From: an uncultured bacterium
Lineage (GTDB): Bacteria > Babelota > Babeliae > Babelales > Vermiphilaceae
DNA length: 64,000 nucleotides
Assembly: GCA_963695335.1 (NCBI GenBank)
Contig: OY968764.1
Coordinates: forward strand, 128,001-192,000
Direction: 5' to 3'
The notes under the pieces: model-generated
The model's database searches: none
What the model saw: only the letters and a program-made list of their open reading frames with translations
What the model was told of the DNA's origin: nothing
Shown: in pieces, positions 37,066-46,344 of the stretch
Layout: each line of letters begins with the position of its first letter
How positions within the stretch are numbered: the first letter of the stretch is position 1
Position numbers and translations under genes: made by a program

Positions 37066-37725
37066 ATGAAAATTTTTTTAGATACTGCACATACAGAGTC
37101 TATAGAAAAATGGGCTCAAACCGGACTGATTGATGGTGTAACAACCAATCCAACTCATTTAAGTAAAGAAGGCAAGAATCCTGTTGAACAGATTCTTGCC
37201 ATTTGCGATATATTACCATCAGGGAGCATTAGCGTGGAAGTAACAGAAGAAGAACCCCAACAAGTATACTTGCAAGCGCGTAAACTTGCTTCTTTATGCG
37301 ATAGCATTGTTGTAAAAATTCCTTGCCATGCACGTTATTATACCGTCATAAAAAAACTTATTGCTGAAGGTATACCTCTTAACATCACGCTTGTATTTTC
37401 TCTCTCTCAAGGATTAATGATGGCAAAACTTGGTGTACAATATATTTCCCCTTTTATTGGAAGATTAGATGATATTGGGGGAAATGGCATTGAATTGGTG
37501 CAACATTTACGTCACATGATTGATTGGTATGATTTTGAAACAGAACTTTTGGCAGCATCAATCAGAGATGTTAATCATTTTGAACAGGTAATTCTTGCCG
37601 GTGCTGACATTGCAACTGTACCTGTTAAAGTTTTTGAACAATCCCTTGAACATCAGTTGACTGATAAAGGAATGGCACAATTTTTAGCTGACTGGAAAAA
37701 ACTTAACGTCAATCGGTTTCCATAA
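37066..37725 (+). CDS. tal: Transaldolase / fructose-6-phosphate aldolase family
   Basis: FLDTA, GVTTNPT, VVKIP, NITLVFS, YISPFIGRLDD, LAASIR. Confidence 0.92.
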   Translation: MKIFLDTAHTESIEKWAQTGLIDGVTTNPTHLSKEGKNPVEQILAICDILPSGSISVEVTEEEPQQVYLQARKLASLCDSIVVKIPCHARYYTVIKKLIAEGIPLNITLVFSLSQGLMMAKLGVQYISPFIGRLDDIGGNGIELVQHLRHMIDWYDFETELLAASIRDVNHFEQVILAGADIATVPVKVFEQSLEHQLTDKGMAQFLADWKKLNVNRFP

Positions 37726-37728
37726 ATT

Positions 37729-39009
37729 ATGCGTATTTTTTTTGTTACCAACAACTATATCCCCTATTCTGGTGGAGTCACTCAATCAATTATCGCAGAA
37801 ACAAATGCTTTGCGCGCACAAGGGCATGAAGTTTTTATTATCACACTCGACTTCCTGGGCAAAAAAAATAAAGCGCAAAGCGATCCAGAATACGTTATTC
37901 GCATTCCATGCCCTATCAAATTCATATACAAAAAAAATTATATGGCAATCCCTTGGCGTTCAACACACGCGATAAAAAAACTGCTCCAACAATACAAACC
38001 AGACATTGTTCACGCACATCACCCTTTTTTACTTGGTGTCAGTGCACTGCACGCAGCACACAAGCTTAATATTCCATGCGTTTTCACCTACCACACAATG
38101 TATGAAGATTATGCACATTATGTACCGCTACCCAAATACTACACAAAAAAATTAATCCATATCTTAGTCAAACACTTTTGTAATGCAGTTGATGGTATTA
38201 TTGCACCAAGCAGCGCAATTAAAGAATATTTATGCGCACAGCAGATCGCAAAACCCATAGCAATAATTCCAAGTCCATTGCGTCCAATGTTTATCACAGA
38301 ATCTTCCGTTCGTCCTGAGCCTGTCGAAGGAAACGAAGGCCCATTCGCTCACTTTAATCCCCAATCTTCACTCCATTCCAATTGGGGTCCCCGTCAAAAG
38401 GAACTGGAGATGGGGTCAAACAAGCTCAGTGCGAACGGGATCAAAAACAATTTATTCAACAAAAAAATTTTCAACCTCCTTGTTGTCAGTAGATTTGTTC
38501 AAGAAAAAAATATTCCATTCGTTTTTGATATCTTTAAGCAACTGCCTGATAATTTTAATCTCACGCTTGTTGGGTACGGTAATCAATACGATGCAATGCA
38601 AGATTTGGCATTCAATACACTAAAATTCTCTCATGATCGAATACATTTTATATATAAACCATCGCAAGACGAACTTCTCAATCAATATCGCAATGCAGAT
38701 CTTTTTATCTTTTCATCACAAACAGATACACAAGGAATAGTGCTCGCTGAAAGCATGTCGCAGGGTGTTCCCGTTATTGCAATTGATGGTCCTGGACAAC
38801 GGGATATTGTTGTTAATGGTTACAATGGATTTATTATTAACAGCGCAAAAGATGCAGCAGAAAAAATTATGACCATAGCTAACGATACAACATTACGCAA
38901 TAAGCTAATCGCAGGTGCATATGCAACAGCACAAAAGTATCATGCTGATAGTATTATTCAAAAACTACTTACTTTTTATCATAAAGTATGTCTTGATCTT
39001 AAAAAATAA
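37729..39009 (+). CDS. GT4 glycosyltransferase with internal palindromic insertion
   Basis: PYSGGV, PDIVHAHHPF, FTYHTMYEDY, DTQGIVLAESMSQGVPVIA. Confidence 0.9.
   Translation: MRIFFVTNNYIPYSGGVTQSIIAETNALRAQGHEVFIITLDFLGKKNKAQSDPEYVIRIPCPIKFIYKKNYMAIPWRSTHAIKKLLQQYKPDIVHAHHPFLLGVSALHAAHKLNIPCVFTYHTMYEDYAHYVPLPKYYTKKLIHILVKHFCNAVDGIIAPSSAIKEYLCAQQIAKPIAIIPSPLRPMFITESSVRPEPVEGNEGPFAHFNPQSSLHSNWGPRQKELEMGSNKLSANGIKNNLFNKKIFNLLVVSRFVQEKNIPFVFDIFKQLPDNFNLTLVGYGNQYDAMQDLAFNTLKFSHDRIHFIYKPSQDELLNQYRNADLFIFSSQTDTQGIVLAESMSQGVPVIAIDGPGQRDIVVNGYNGFIINSAKDAAEKIMTIANDTTLRNKLIAGAYATAQKYHADSIIQKLLTFYHKVCLDLKK
38305..38440 (+). repeat. Family A doublet with nested family C element, in-frame in GT4
   Basis: CCGTTCGTCCTGAGCCTGTCGAAGG ... 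[38359-38415 family C] ... ACAAGCTCAGTGCGAACGG. Confidence 0.85.
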
Positions 39010-39060
39010 AATATTAAGCTTAAAAACAATTGATTTGTCATAATAAAAAAAGGATTATTC

Positions 39061-40026
39061 ATGCACAATAAAGCAATGCTTACGCTCTTTGGATTATTAG
39101 CTACAATACAAATAACTATGGCTATGGACTCAGACTTGCTCAGTTCAACAACAACTGCAACTTCAACACAACCTCTCAATATACAGTCTGGAAGAACAAA
39201 AAGATCACAAAGATCACTCAGCAGCCCCCCAAGTACATTACACCAAAGTATTTCTGTCTCCCCAATTGATGATTATGACCTCACAAGAACACCCAACAGC
39301 TCCTCTTCATCTAGTAGCCAACCAAACTCTCCACGTGAACAAATAGACAACAATCCACAACAAAATCAACAAAAAACAACTAAAAATATACTCACTGGCC
39401 ATTATGCCAATGAACTCAATGCCTACACACGGACATTACCAATCCATAGGCTTATCAACAGTGTGACACAAAACAATATTGATGGCATTAGCTACAAAAA
39501 TAACCAAACTAACAAACTAGAAACTATACTCTTTCATTCCGACGTGGAATACAAAAAAGAACGCTATATCATAGTATTCAATAACTCTGAAAATGAAAAT
39601 TGGATCAGTAACGCTAGCAATGAAAATTTTATTCTTGAAATCACTCCTGACGATGCAACAAAAACAGAAGAAACAGCACAAGATACACTACTCAGACAAA
39701 AATCAATCGAAACACTAAAAAAACTAAAGAACAGCTATAGTAGCTCTAGCAATTCTAGTAATTCTGATACTGAAAAAAAACAAGAAACATCAATAACTGA
39801 AAACAATATTCAGCCATCTCAAGTAGACGTAGACCAAGAACAAGAAATAAAAAATACAAAATCAATTCCTGATAATAATAGAAGCTTTCAGCGTACATTC
39901 ATGCGAGTAAGTTTTATCGCTATCTGCATAGCCTTTGCATACAAATATAACAATGCTTTTTCACAATATATTGATAACTTTTGTGCGCAATGCAAAAATT
40001 TTATACCAAGTAATTTTGCACGCTAG
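39061..40026 (+). CDS. Exported Ser-rich protein with C-terminal TM (paralog of the next gene)
   Basis: Signal ..TMA-MDS; DVEYKKERYII, SSNSDTEKK, TM then DNFCAQ. Confidence 0.72.
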   Translation: MHNKAMLTLFGLLATIQITMAMDSDLLSSTTTATSTQPLNIQSGRTKRSQRSLSSPPSTLHQSISVSPIDDYDLTRTPNSSSSSSSQPNSPREQIDNNPQQNQQKTTKNILTGHYANELNAYTRTLPIHRLINSVTQNNIDGISYKNNQTNKLETILFHSDVEYKKERYIIVFNNSENENWISNASNENFILEITPDDATKTEETAQDTLLRQKSIETLKKLKNSYSSSSNSSNSDTEKKQETSITENNIQPSQVDVDQEQEIKNTKSIPDNNRSFQRTFMRVSFIAICIAFAYKYNNAFSQYIDNFCAQCKNFIPSNFAR

Positions 40027-40057
40027 AACAATGAAACAAAAAATAAGGAGTTTTTAC

Positions 40058-41080
40058 ATGCTCAAAAATCAAATCAATCACATTCTTCTCTACGGATTGT
40101 TAACTACTGCACCAGTAATAGCAATGGACTTATCTTTAGAATCAACACCAGAAAACTCTCCGCAAAAAAATTCAAAAAACTACACTAAAAAAACATTATT
40201 TAATGGTTATTTCACTAATGTTTTACCTTCAAACTTACCAGTCTATCCATATCAAAAAGAAAAAAACCTTCCAAAAGGTGCTTCCAAAATTACCTATGAA
40301 ACTACAGAAGATAACAAAACTGTACGTTTTTCTGGAAAAAATCACTTCAATGAAGACTTAGAATATAAAAACGAAAAATATCATATAATAATCGATGCTC
40401 AACACAAAGATATGTTTGCGATTAAAATGACTCGTGCTGAATCAACAGAATCACAACAACCATCATCTTCACAAAGTTCAGAAACTTCTTCAGAAGAAAC
40501 TGAAAAAAAAGGGCTAGAATTGTTAAAAACCAAATTTGGCAGTTCTAGTAATTCTGATTCGGAAAAAGGACAATCGAGCAAAGAACTCAGTAATTCTGAT
40601 AGCAAAAAAAAACAAACCCCATTTCATTACTTAACCAGCACACACCCTGAATACATGCCAAACGACATCAAAATATATGAAGGTATTATAACCAAATCTA
40701 ATCTTCAAACTTCTGAAATTACCTACCTTGATGAAAATAAGACAAGTCAGATAATTGTAGTAAATAACGGTTCAGCTGCATATCCAACTTTTGCAATGAT
40801 CCTAGATGGTCAAAAACAAGTTAAATTTGCCATCAAATTACCTGAACAAGAAGTAAAAAGAAGCATAAAATCGACTGCTCATAAGCAAGCATTTACTCTA
40901 AACGACAAAAAACCTCACAACGGCTATGGTCTTAAACATGCATTTTTGGGAGTAACTTTCATTGTTTTCTGTGTAGCCCTTGCGCATAGATACAATCAAT
41001 TACCTGATGCTTTTGCACAGGTACTCGATAATCTTTGTGCGCAATGGGATAATCTTGTAATAAGTCATTTTACACGCTAA
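40058..41080 (+). CDS. Exported Ser-rich protein with C-terminal TM (paralog of the previous gene)
   Basis: AGGAG RBS before ATG 40058; ..VIA-MDL; DLEYKNEKYHI, SSNSDSEK, TM then DNLCAQ. Confidence 0.72.
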   Translation: MLKNQINHILLYGLLTTAPVIAMDLSLESTPENSPQKNSKNYTKKTLFNGYFTNVLPSNLPVYPYQKEKNLPKGASKITYETTEDNKTVRFSGKNHFNEDLEYKNEKYHIIIDAQHKDMFAIKMTRAESTESQQPSSSQSSETSSEETEKKGLELLKTKFGSSSNSDSEKGQSSKELSNSDSKKKQTPFHYLTSTHPEYMPNDIKIYEGIITKSNLQTSEITYLDENKTSQIIVVNNGSAAYPTFAMILDGQKQVKFAIKLPEQEVKRSIKSTAHKQAFTLNDKKPHNGYGLKHAFLGVTFIVFCVALAHRYNQLPDAFAQVLDNLCAQWDNLVISHFTR

Positions 41081-41109
41081 AAACCAAATTTCAGAACATG
41101 CAACAATAT

Positions 41110-41143
41110 ACCCCCTCTACTCATACATCAGAGGGGGTTTTTT
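41110..41143 (+). terminator. Intrinsic terminator
   Basis: ACCCCCTCT...AGAGGGGGT followed by a T run. Confidence 0.75.
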
Positions 41144-41164
41144 GTGCGACTTAACGCTACCAGC

Positions 41165-42626
41165 TGTCAACGACAAGTGAAAATGTCCGGTTCTTAATCA
41201 AACTAAAATGTCCGCTTTTGGTTCTCAAAAAATAAATGCCTCCGGCGGACTTCACCCTACTCTTCCTTCATTTTTTAAGACAGAAATTAAGGATCTTGGT
41301 GTGTAAATACCATTGTTCCAATTTCTGTTTATTTTGGTTGGTTTATATGGTTTTAATGGTTGAGTTGTGGTTTCCTTATAAACAATTGGTTTTTCATCGA
41401 TTTGTTCGTAACCAAGCTGAATTGAATCTATCCAAAAAGATAAAGATCCATTCAAATGTTCACAAACACGTATTTTACTTTTTGGTTTAACATATATGCG
41501 ATTTTTAGTAATTTGAAACAACATATTTTTGTATTGTATGGTACCGTCATTTTGCATGACACGCTCTTCTTGAATAGTAAAAATCATATCAAGGTTAAAG
41601 CCTTTTTTTGATCGATGTGCATCCTTTATTTGTGCTGGTTGCACAGCAAATTTTGTATTAAATTGTAAGACATATTCTTCTTCTAAATATTTATTGGCAG
41701 CTTCTATAGTAGATATTTCGCGAAGTCTCATTTCTTTAACGAGTCGGTCTTGATGTGTTCCATGGTTCCTTTCTATACGACCTTTAGCTTGTGGACTGTT
41801 GGCAAAAATTAATTCGATATCAAGTTGATTAAGAGCTCTACCGAGTTGTGTTTTTTTCTCTCCGTCCGCATTACCAATATTTACTTTGTACGCTCCACCA
41901 TGATCGGTATAAACCATATGTGGCCTACCATAAATCTCAATGTAATTTTTAAATAATCGCATGAGATCTATGCTATTTTCCCCCATTGCAAATCGAGCCA
42001 TTATTTTTCCTGTTGCATCATCTATGCAGGTTAACAAAGTACATCGATCTCCTCTGCCTTCAAACCAATCATGCTCAGAGCCATCTACCTGTAGCATCAC
42101 CCCAAAATAAGATTTTCTTTTTCTTTTTTCGAACTGCTGACGGTTGGGTGTGCGACGAGTTTTTAATATTTTATGGTGAATCAGCCATCCTCTTACAGTA
42201 CCGACAGACACCTTAATGCTTAGGTGTTCGCTGAGCTTTTCCTGAGCAAATGTAGCACCAAAATCAGATCCTTTTGCTCTAATCCATTCTACGGCTTGCT
42301 GCTCAATATCAGACGATATCCTTCGAGGATTGGGCTTACCTCTATTCTGATGAAAAAGAGCAGCAGTTCCTCCAATCTTATATTTTTTGTATAATCTTCG
42401 TATTTGTCTGATTGATAGGCTCAATTGGAGTGCTGCGACTCCTTGAGTTATATGCCCATGGGCTAAGTTTTTTATTACTGCCGCTCGCTCTATATGTTGT
42501 GCCATGATATCCTTATCCATAAGATGTCCTCTGTTAAGGTGCTAAAATATTGCTATTTTCAGCTTACCCTAAAAGAGGACATTTTCATTTATCTTATAAT
42601 GAGGACATTATCACTTATTTATAACA
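41165..42626 (-). mobile_element. IS1202-family (ISNCY) insertion sequence with long target duplication
   Basis: TGT...ACA ends; repeated subterminal A(A/T)AATGTCC motifs; 17-bp DR GACTTAACGCTACCAGC at 41148-41164 and 42627-42643. Confidence 0.88.
41252..42520 (-). CDS. DDE transposase, ISNCY/IS1202 type
   Basis: LSIRQIRRL, QVDGSEHDWFEGRG, IDDATG, YTDH, TQLGRAL, ANSPQAKGRIER, QDRLVKE. Confidence 0.92.
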   Translation of the reverse strand: MDKDIMAQHIERAAVIKNLAHGHITQGVAALQLSLSIRQIRRLYKKYKIGGTAALFHQNRGKPNPRRISSDIEQQAVEWIRAKGSDFGATFAQEKLSEHLSIKVSVGTVRGWLIHHKILKTRRTPNRQQFEKRKRKSYFGVMLQVDGSEHDWFEGRGDRCTLLTCIDDATGKIMARFAMGENSIDLMRLFKNYIEIYGRPHMVYTDHGGAYKVNIGNADGEKKTQLGRALNQLDIELIFANSPQAKGRIERNHGTHQDRLVKEMRLREISTIEAANKYLEEEYVLQFNTKFAVQPAQIKDAHRSKKGFNLDMIFTIQEERVMQNDGTIQYKNMLFQITKNRIYVKPKSKIRVCEHLNGSLSFWIDSIQLGYEQIDEKPIVYKETTTQPLKPYKPTKINRNWNNGIYTPRSLISVLKNEGRVG

Positions 42627-42643
42627 GACTTAACGCTACCAGC

Positions 42644-42672
42644 TTGACAATTAGAAATTTTATCGCTATATT
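42644..42672 (+). promoter_or_regulatory. Sigma70-type promoter of the PLD gene
   Basis: TTGACA-17 bp-TATATT directly after the IS DR. Confidence 0.7.
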
Positions 42673-42715
42673 AAAAGGAGTTAAAGTAGTCACTATTTTT
42701 ACCATATCTGGGGCA

Positions 42716-43915
42716 ATGATGAAAAAAAACCTTTGTGTTTACCTTTTTTCTATTATTTTTGTAGCTCCACTCATCAGTATGGAGTCAAAAAAAGCACTAC
42801 AACCTGTCAATACCGCGTCACCTCAAACATCTCCTACAAAGCCAAGAATCAGACTTACGAGCAACTTTAAAGAAAACTATCCATATCTTGTAAAGAATGT
42901 GTATGAAAACAAAAATCTTAACACATTTGCAGCAGAACAGTTTGTACTCAACCAAGAAGAAGCAATCAAAAGCATGAATGCAGCTGCCAAAAGAGGATCA
43001 AATGTTCATCTAACGGTTGGAGCGCATTCTCAGAACGATCTCAATACATACAAAACAACAACTCTTAAAAGAGACCCTCAAATCCATGGAAAACTTACTG
43101 TTGGCCTTGACCAGAGCCCAACAAAAAAAGCACCAAAAAAAGGCATACTTCTGTTTGGATCTGCAAACACAACGAATAGCACGTGGAAACATAAACCTGA
43201 CAAACCTGGCGCTCAATTCAACTTTGAATCCGGTATAGAAATACAAGATGATATGGATGTCATTACTGATGCATACAAAATGGTCAAATCTCAATCACCA
43301 ATGAAGCCAGAAGCACAAAAAAATGTTATACCAACTACACCAGAAAAAATGAGATTATACGGATCAAAAGATACTAATCTTAATAAGTCTCTTGCTTTAC
43401 GGCTGAGCAATGCAGCAGAAAAAAAAGGAAACGTTGCAGTACGATCTATGACATTCAGCGAGCAAGAAGTAGCTGATGAATTAAGTAAATTTGGTCCCAG
43501 AGCACAACTTATCGTTGATAAAAGCGCCTTAACAAGCAAAGGTATTCCACTCCTACAACAAATGCACAATGCTAACGTGTCAGTCAATGTATTCCGTCCA
43601 TTCAAAGGATCTCGCGCTAAGCAACATGCCAAAGATGCAATCATTGAAACTGAAGATAAAAAAACATATATAAGCTCTACGGCAAATATAACAAATGAAG
43701 GTAATACTCAACGAAACTATCAACTTTACGTTCCCAATAATGAACAAGTTATAGCCGATGCAAAAGAAGATTTTGAAAAAGTAAAAAAAGAAACGATACC
43801 TTTCCCGCAAGCATTACAATGGTATGAAAAAGAAAAAGAAGAAAAAAAACAAAAAAGAGTCGCAAACAAAGAATTAAAAACAATACCTACTAAAAAACAA
43901 AAAACAAAAAAATAA
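42716..43915 (+). CDS. Exported phospholipase D-superfamily protein (two HxK half-sites)
   Basis: Signal ..LIS-MES; IHGKLTVG...FGSANTT and QHAKDAII...SSTANIT; Lys-rich C-terminus. The track start at 42494 lies inside the IS. Confidence 0.78.
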   Translation: MMKKNLCVYLFSIIFVAPLISMESKKALQPVNTASPQTSPTKPRIRLTSNFKENYPYLVKNVYENKNLNTFAAEQFVLNQEEAIKSMNAAAKRGSNVHLTVGAHSQNDLNTYKTTTLKRDPQIHGKLTVGLDQSPTKKAPKKGILLFGSANTTNSTWKHKPDKPGAQFNFESGIEIQDDMDVITDAYKMVKSQSPMKPEAQKNVIPTTPEKMRLYGSKDTNLNKSLALRLSNAAEKKGNVAVRSMTFSEQEVADELSKFGPRAQLIVDKSALTSKGIPLLQQMHNANVSVNVFRPFKGSRAKQHAKDAIIETEDKKTYISSTANITNEGNTQRNYQLYVPNNEQVIADAKEDFEKVKKETIPFPQALQWYEKEKEEKKQKRVANKELKTIPTKKQKTKK

Positions 43916-43935
43916 CCTAACCACGAGTTCTCCCT

Positions 43936-45906
43936 ATGTCTTTATTCAAACTTCATACACCGTTTCCGCCTGCTGGAAGTCAGCCAGAAGCCATTAAACA
44001 GCTTTCCGAGCAAAGACCCGGCACATCTACCCTTCTCGGTGTAACAGGATCGGGTAAAACATACACTATTGCCAATGTTATTGCTCAGCAAGACAAACCG
44101 GTACTTATTTTAGCGCCCAATAAAACGCTTGCAGCGCAATTGTATGAAGAATTTTCTCAATTTTTCCCTGAAAATAAAGTCTGTTATTTCGTTAGTTATT
44201 ATGATTATTATCAGCCAGAATCATACATGCCGGCCCAAGACATTTATATTCCCAAAGAAACAAAAGTTAATAGTGAAATTGAACGGTTACGCGTAGAAGC
44301 TACTGCATCACTCATTAACCGCAAAGATACCATTGTTATTGCATCTGTTTCTTGCATCTATTCACTCGGCAACCCTAACGATTATAAGAATCTTGCACTA
44401 TCGCTTTCTGTTGGACAAAAAATAAACCGTGCAGAACTGTTACGTCAACTTATATTTATTCAGTATACTCGCAACGATGTGGAATCAGCTGCAGGCAGAT
44501 TTTCAGTGTTTGGTAACACCATTAACGTTAATTTACCGTATCAAAAAGATATTTTACGCATCGAACTTTTTGGTGATGAAATTGAAGGTTTATCATGGAT
44601 CAGCAAGCACAATAACACCGTAATAAAAGAACTTGATAACACCGTTGTTTTTCCTGCTCGCCACTTTGTAACAACACAAGAAGCAAAAAATGCTGCTTTA
44701 TTGAGTATCCAAACTGAACTTGATGAATGGTTGCCACAGGTTACAAACCCTATTTATCGCGAACGTATTAAACAACGCGTATCTCATGATCTTGAGATGA
44801 TTGACCAAACAGGCTACTGCAGTGGTATTGAAAACTATTCAGTGCACTTTGATGGGCGTCGTAAAGATGGCCACCCATATTCTCTCTTTGATTTCTTTCC
44901 TGATGATTATTTACTGATTATTGATGAATCTCACATGGCTATTCCCCAACTGCGTGGCATGTATGCTGGAGACCAAGCGCGTAAAAAATCACTCATTGAT
45001 TTTGGATTCAGGTTACCAAGCGCCAAAGAAAATAGACCGCTCCAATTTAAAGAAATAGAAAAGTATTTTAACGATGTTATTTTTGTCTCAGCAACGCCAG
45101 GTGACTATGAAACTGAAAACTCCGACCATTTTGTTGAACAGATTATTCGCCCAACAGGTTTGGTTGATCCAGAAATTTTTGTTCAAGGCCGTAATGGACA
45201 AATTAATCACCTTATTACTGAAATTAAAAAAACAACAGAAGCTGGCTACCGTTCACTCGTGATGGTAATGACCAAAAAGCTAGCTGAAGAGCTTGCCAAG
45301 TATCTTGAAGATCATCAGATTAAGGTCTGCTACCTGCATAGTGATTTAAAAACACCACAACGCACCGAGCTGCTCCAAAAATTACGTTTGGGTACTTTTG
45401 ACTGCCTTGTAGGTGTAAACTTACTCCGAGAGGGAATTGATCTTCCTGAGGTGGCATTAGTTGCCATCATGGATGCTGATATAGAAAGTTTCTTGCGAGA
45501 TAAGCGATCATTAATTCAGATTATTGGCCGTGCTGCACGTAACGCAGCGTCTAAAGTAATTCTCTATGCTGATAAAATCACAAGCTCTATGCGTGAGGCG
45601 ATGAATGAAACAGCCCGCCGCAGATCATTGCAACTTGCTTATAACAAACAACATGGCATTACACCACAAACGGTAAAACGTGCAGTTGTTAAAAGTATTG
45701 TAAATATTCAATATCTTATCGCCCAAGCGTCTAAAACCAAAAAGCAAAAAAAAGCAGAGCTAGAAGTTCTGGAAAAAGAAACTGTTCAAGATAGCACAGC
45801 GCGCATCATACAGCTGGAAAAACAGATGACTCAAGCTGCTGAACAGCTTGATTTTGAAAAAGCTATTGCACTGCGTACTGAATGGCAATTACTTAAAAGA
45901 AAATAA
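43936..45906 (+). CDS. uvrB: Excinuclease ABC subunit B
   Basis: LGVTGSGKT, PNKTLAAQL, FVSYYDYYQPE, IDESH, GFRLPSA, NLLREG, QIIGRAARN, UVR tail. Confidence 0.97.
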   Translation: MSLFKLHTPFPPAGSQPEAIKQLSEQRPGTSTLLGVTGSGKTYTIANVIAQQDKPVLILAPNKTLAAQLYEEFSQFFPENKVCYFVSYYDYYQPESYMPAQDIYIPKETKVNSEIERLRVEATASLINRKDTIVIASVSCIYSLGNPNDYKNLALSLSVGQKINRAELLRQLIFIQYTRNDVESAAGRFSVFGNTINVNLPYQKDILRIELFGDEIEGLSWISKHNNTVIKELDNTVVFPARHFVTTQEAKNAALLSIQTELDEWLPQVTNPIYRERIKQRVSHDLEMIDQTGYCSGIENYSVHFDGRRKDGHPYSLFDFFPDDYLLIIDESHMAIPQLRGMYAGDQARKKSLIDFGFRLPSAKENRPLQFKEIEKYFNDVIFVSATPGDYETENSDHFVEQIIRPTGLVDPEIFVQGRNGQINHLITEIKKTTEAGYRSLVMVMTKKLAEELAKYLEDHQIKVCYLHSDLKTPQRTELLQKLRLGTFDCLVGVNLLREGIDLPEVALVAIMDADIESFLRDKRSLIQIIGRAARNAASKVILYADKITSSMREAMNETARRRSLQLAYNKQHGITPQTVKRAVVKSIVNIQYLIAQASKTKKQKKAELEVLEKETVQDSTARIIQLEKQMTQAAEQLDFEKAIALRTEWQLLKRK

Positions 45907-45997
45907 TCAACTCTCCTCGCTCTTTATTGAACTAAGAAAACAAACCATTTATATTGAATCAAATAGATAAACCTAAAAATGTAAATGTGACTACCCC

Positions 45998-46288
45998 ATG
46001 CAAGAATTAGAACATAAATCGAGTATTATAAAAATCATTACTGCTTTTTATCCAGACGCAAAAATATACCTTTTTGGCTCATACGCTCGTGGAACAGCCA
46101 AACAAGGATCGGATATTGATATTGCTATTGATGCGGGAAAACGATTAAATTTGCATGAGCATCAATTTCTTTTTAATCTCCTTGATGCTTTACCAACACC
46201 TCAAAAAATCGATTTAGTCGATATGTATAAAATTCCAGATAATATGCGTGAATCTATTCTAAAAGAAGGAATTGCATGGAAGGATTAA
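45998..46288 (+). CDS. Minimal nucleotidyltransferase (MNT) antitoxin-type protein
   Basis: YLFGSYARG...SDIDIAI, KIDLVD, ILKEGIAW. Confidence 0.88.
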   Translation: MQELEHKSSIIKIITAFYPDAKIYLFGSYARGTAKQGSDIDIAIDAGKRLNLHEHQFLFNLLDALPTPQKIDLVDMYKIPDNMRESILKEGIAWKD

Positions 46289-46344
46289 ATCAAGGTATTT
46301 GGACACATTTTAAAAATTATAAAATTGATTAAAGCATTGTGACT

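Noticed and set aside
39935..40057. N-terminal extension of ORF 39935..41080
   Set aside because: Overlaps the previous gene; the AGGAG RBS and signal peptide support ATG 40058.
42494..42715. N-terminal extension of the PLD ORF
   Set aside because: It runs through the IS end, DR and promoter; the signal peptide starts at 42716.
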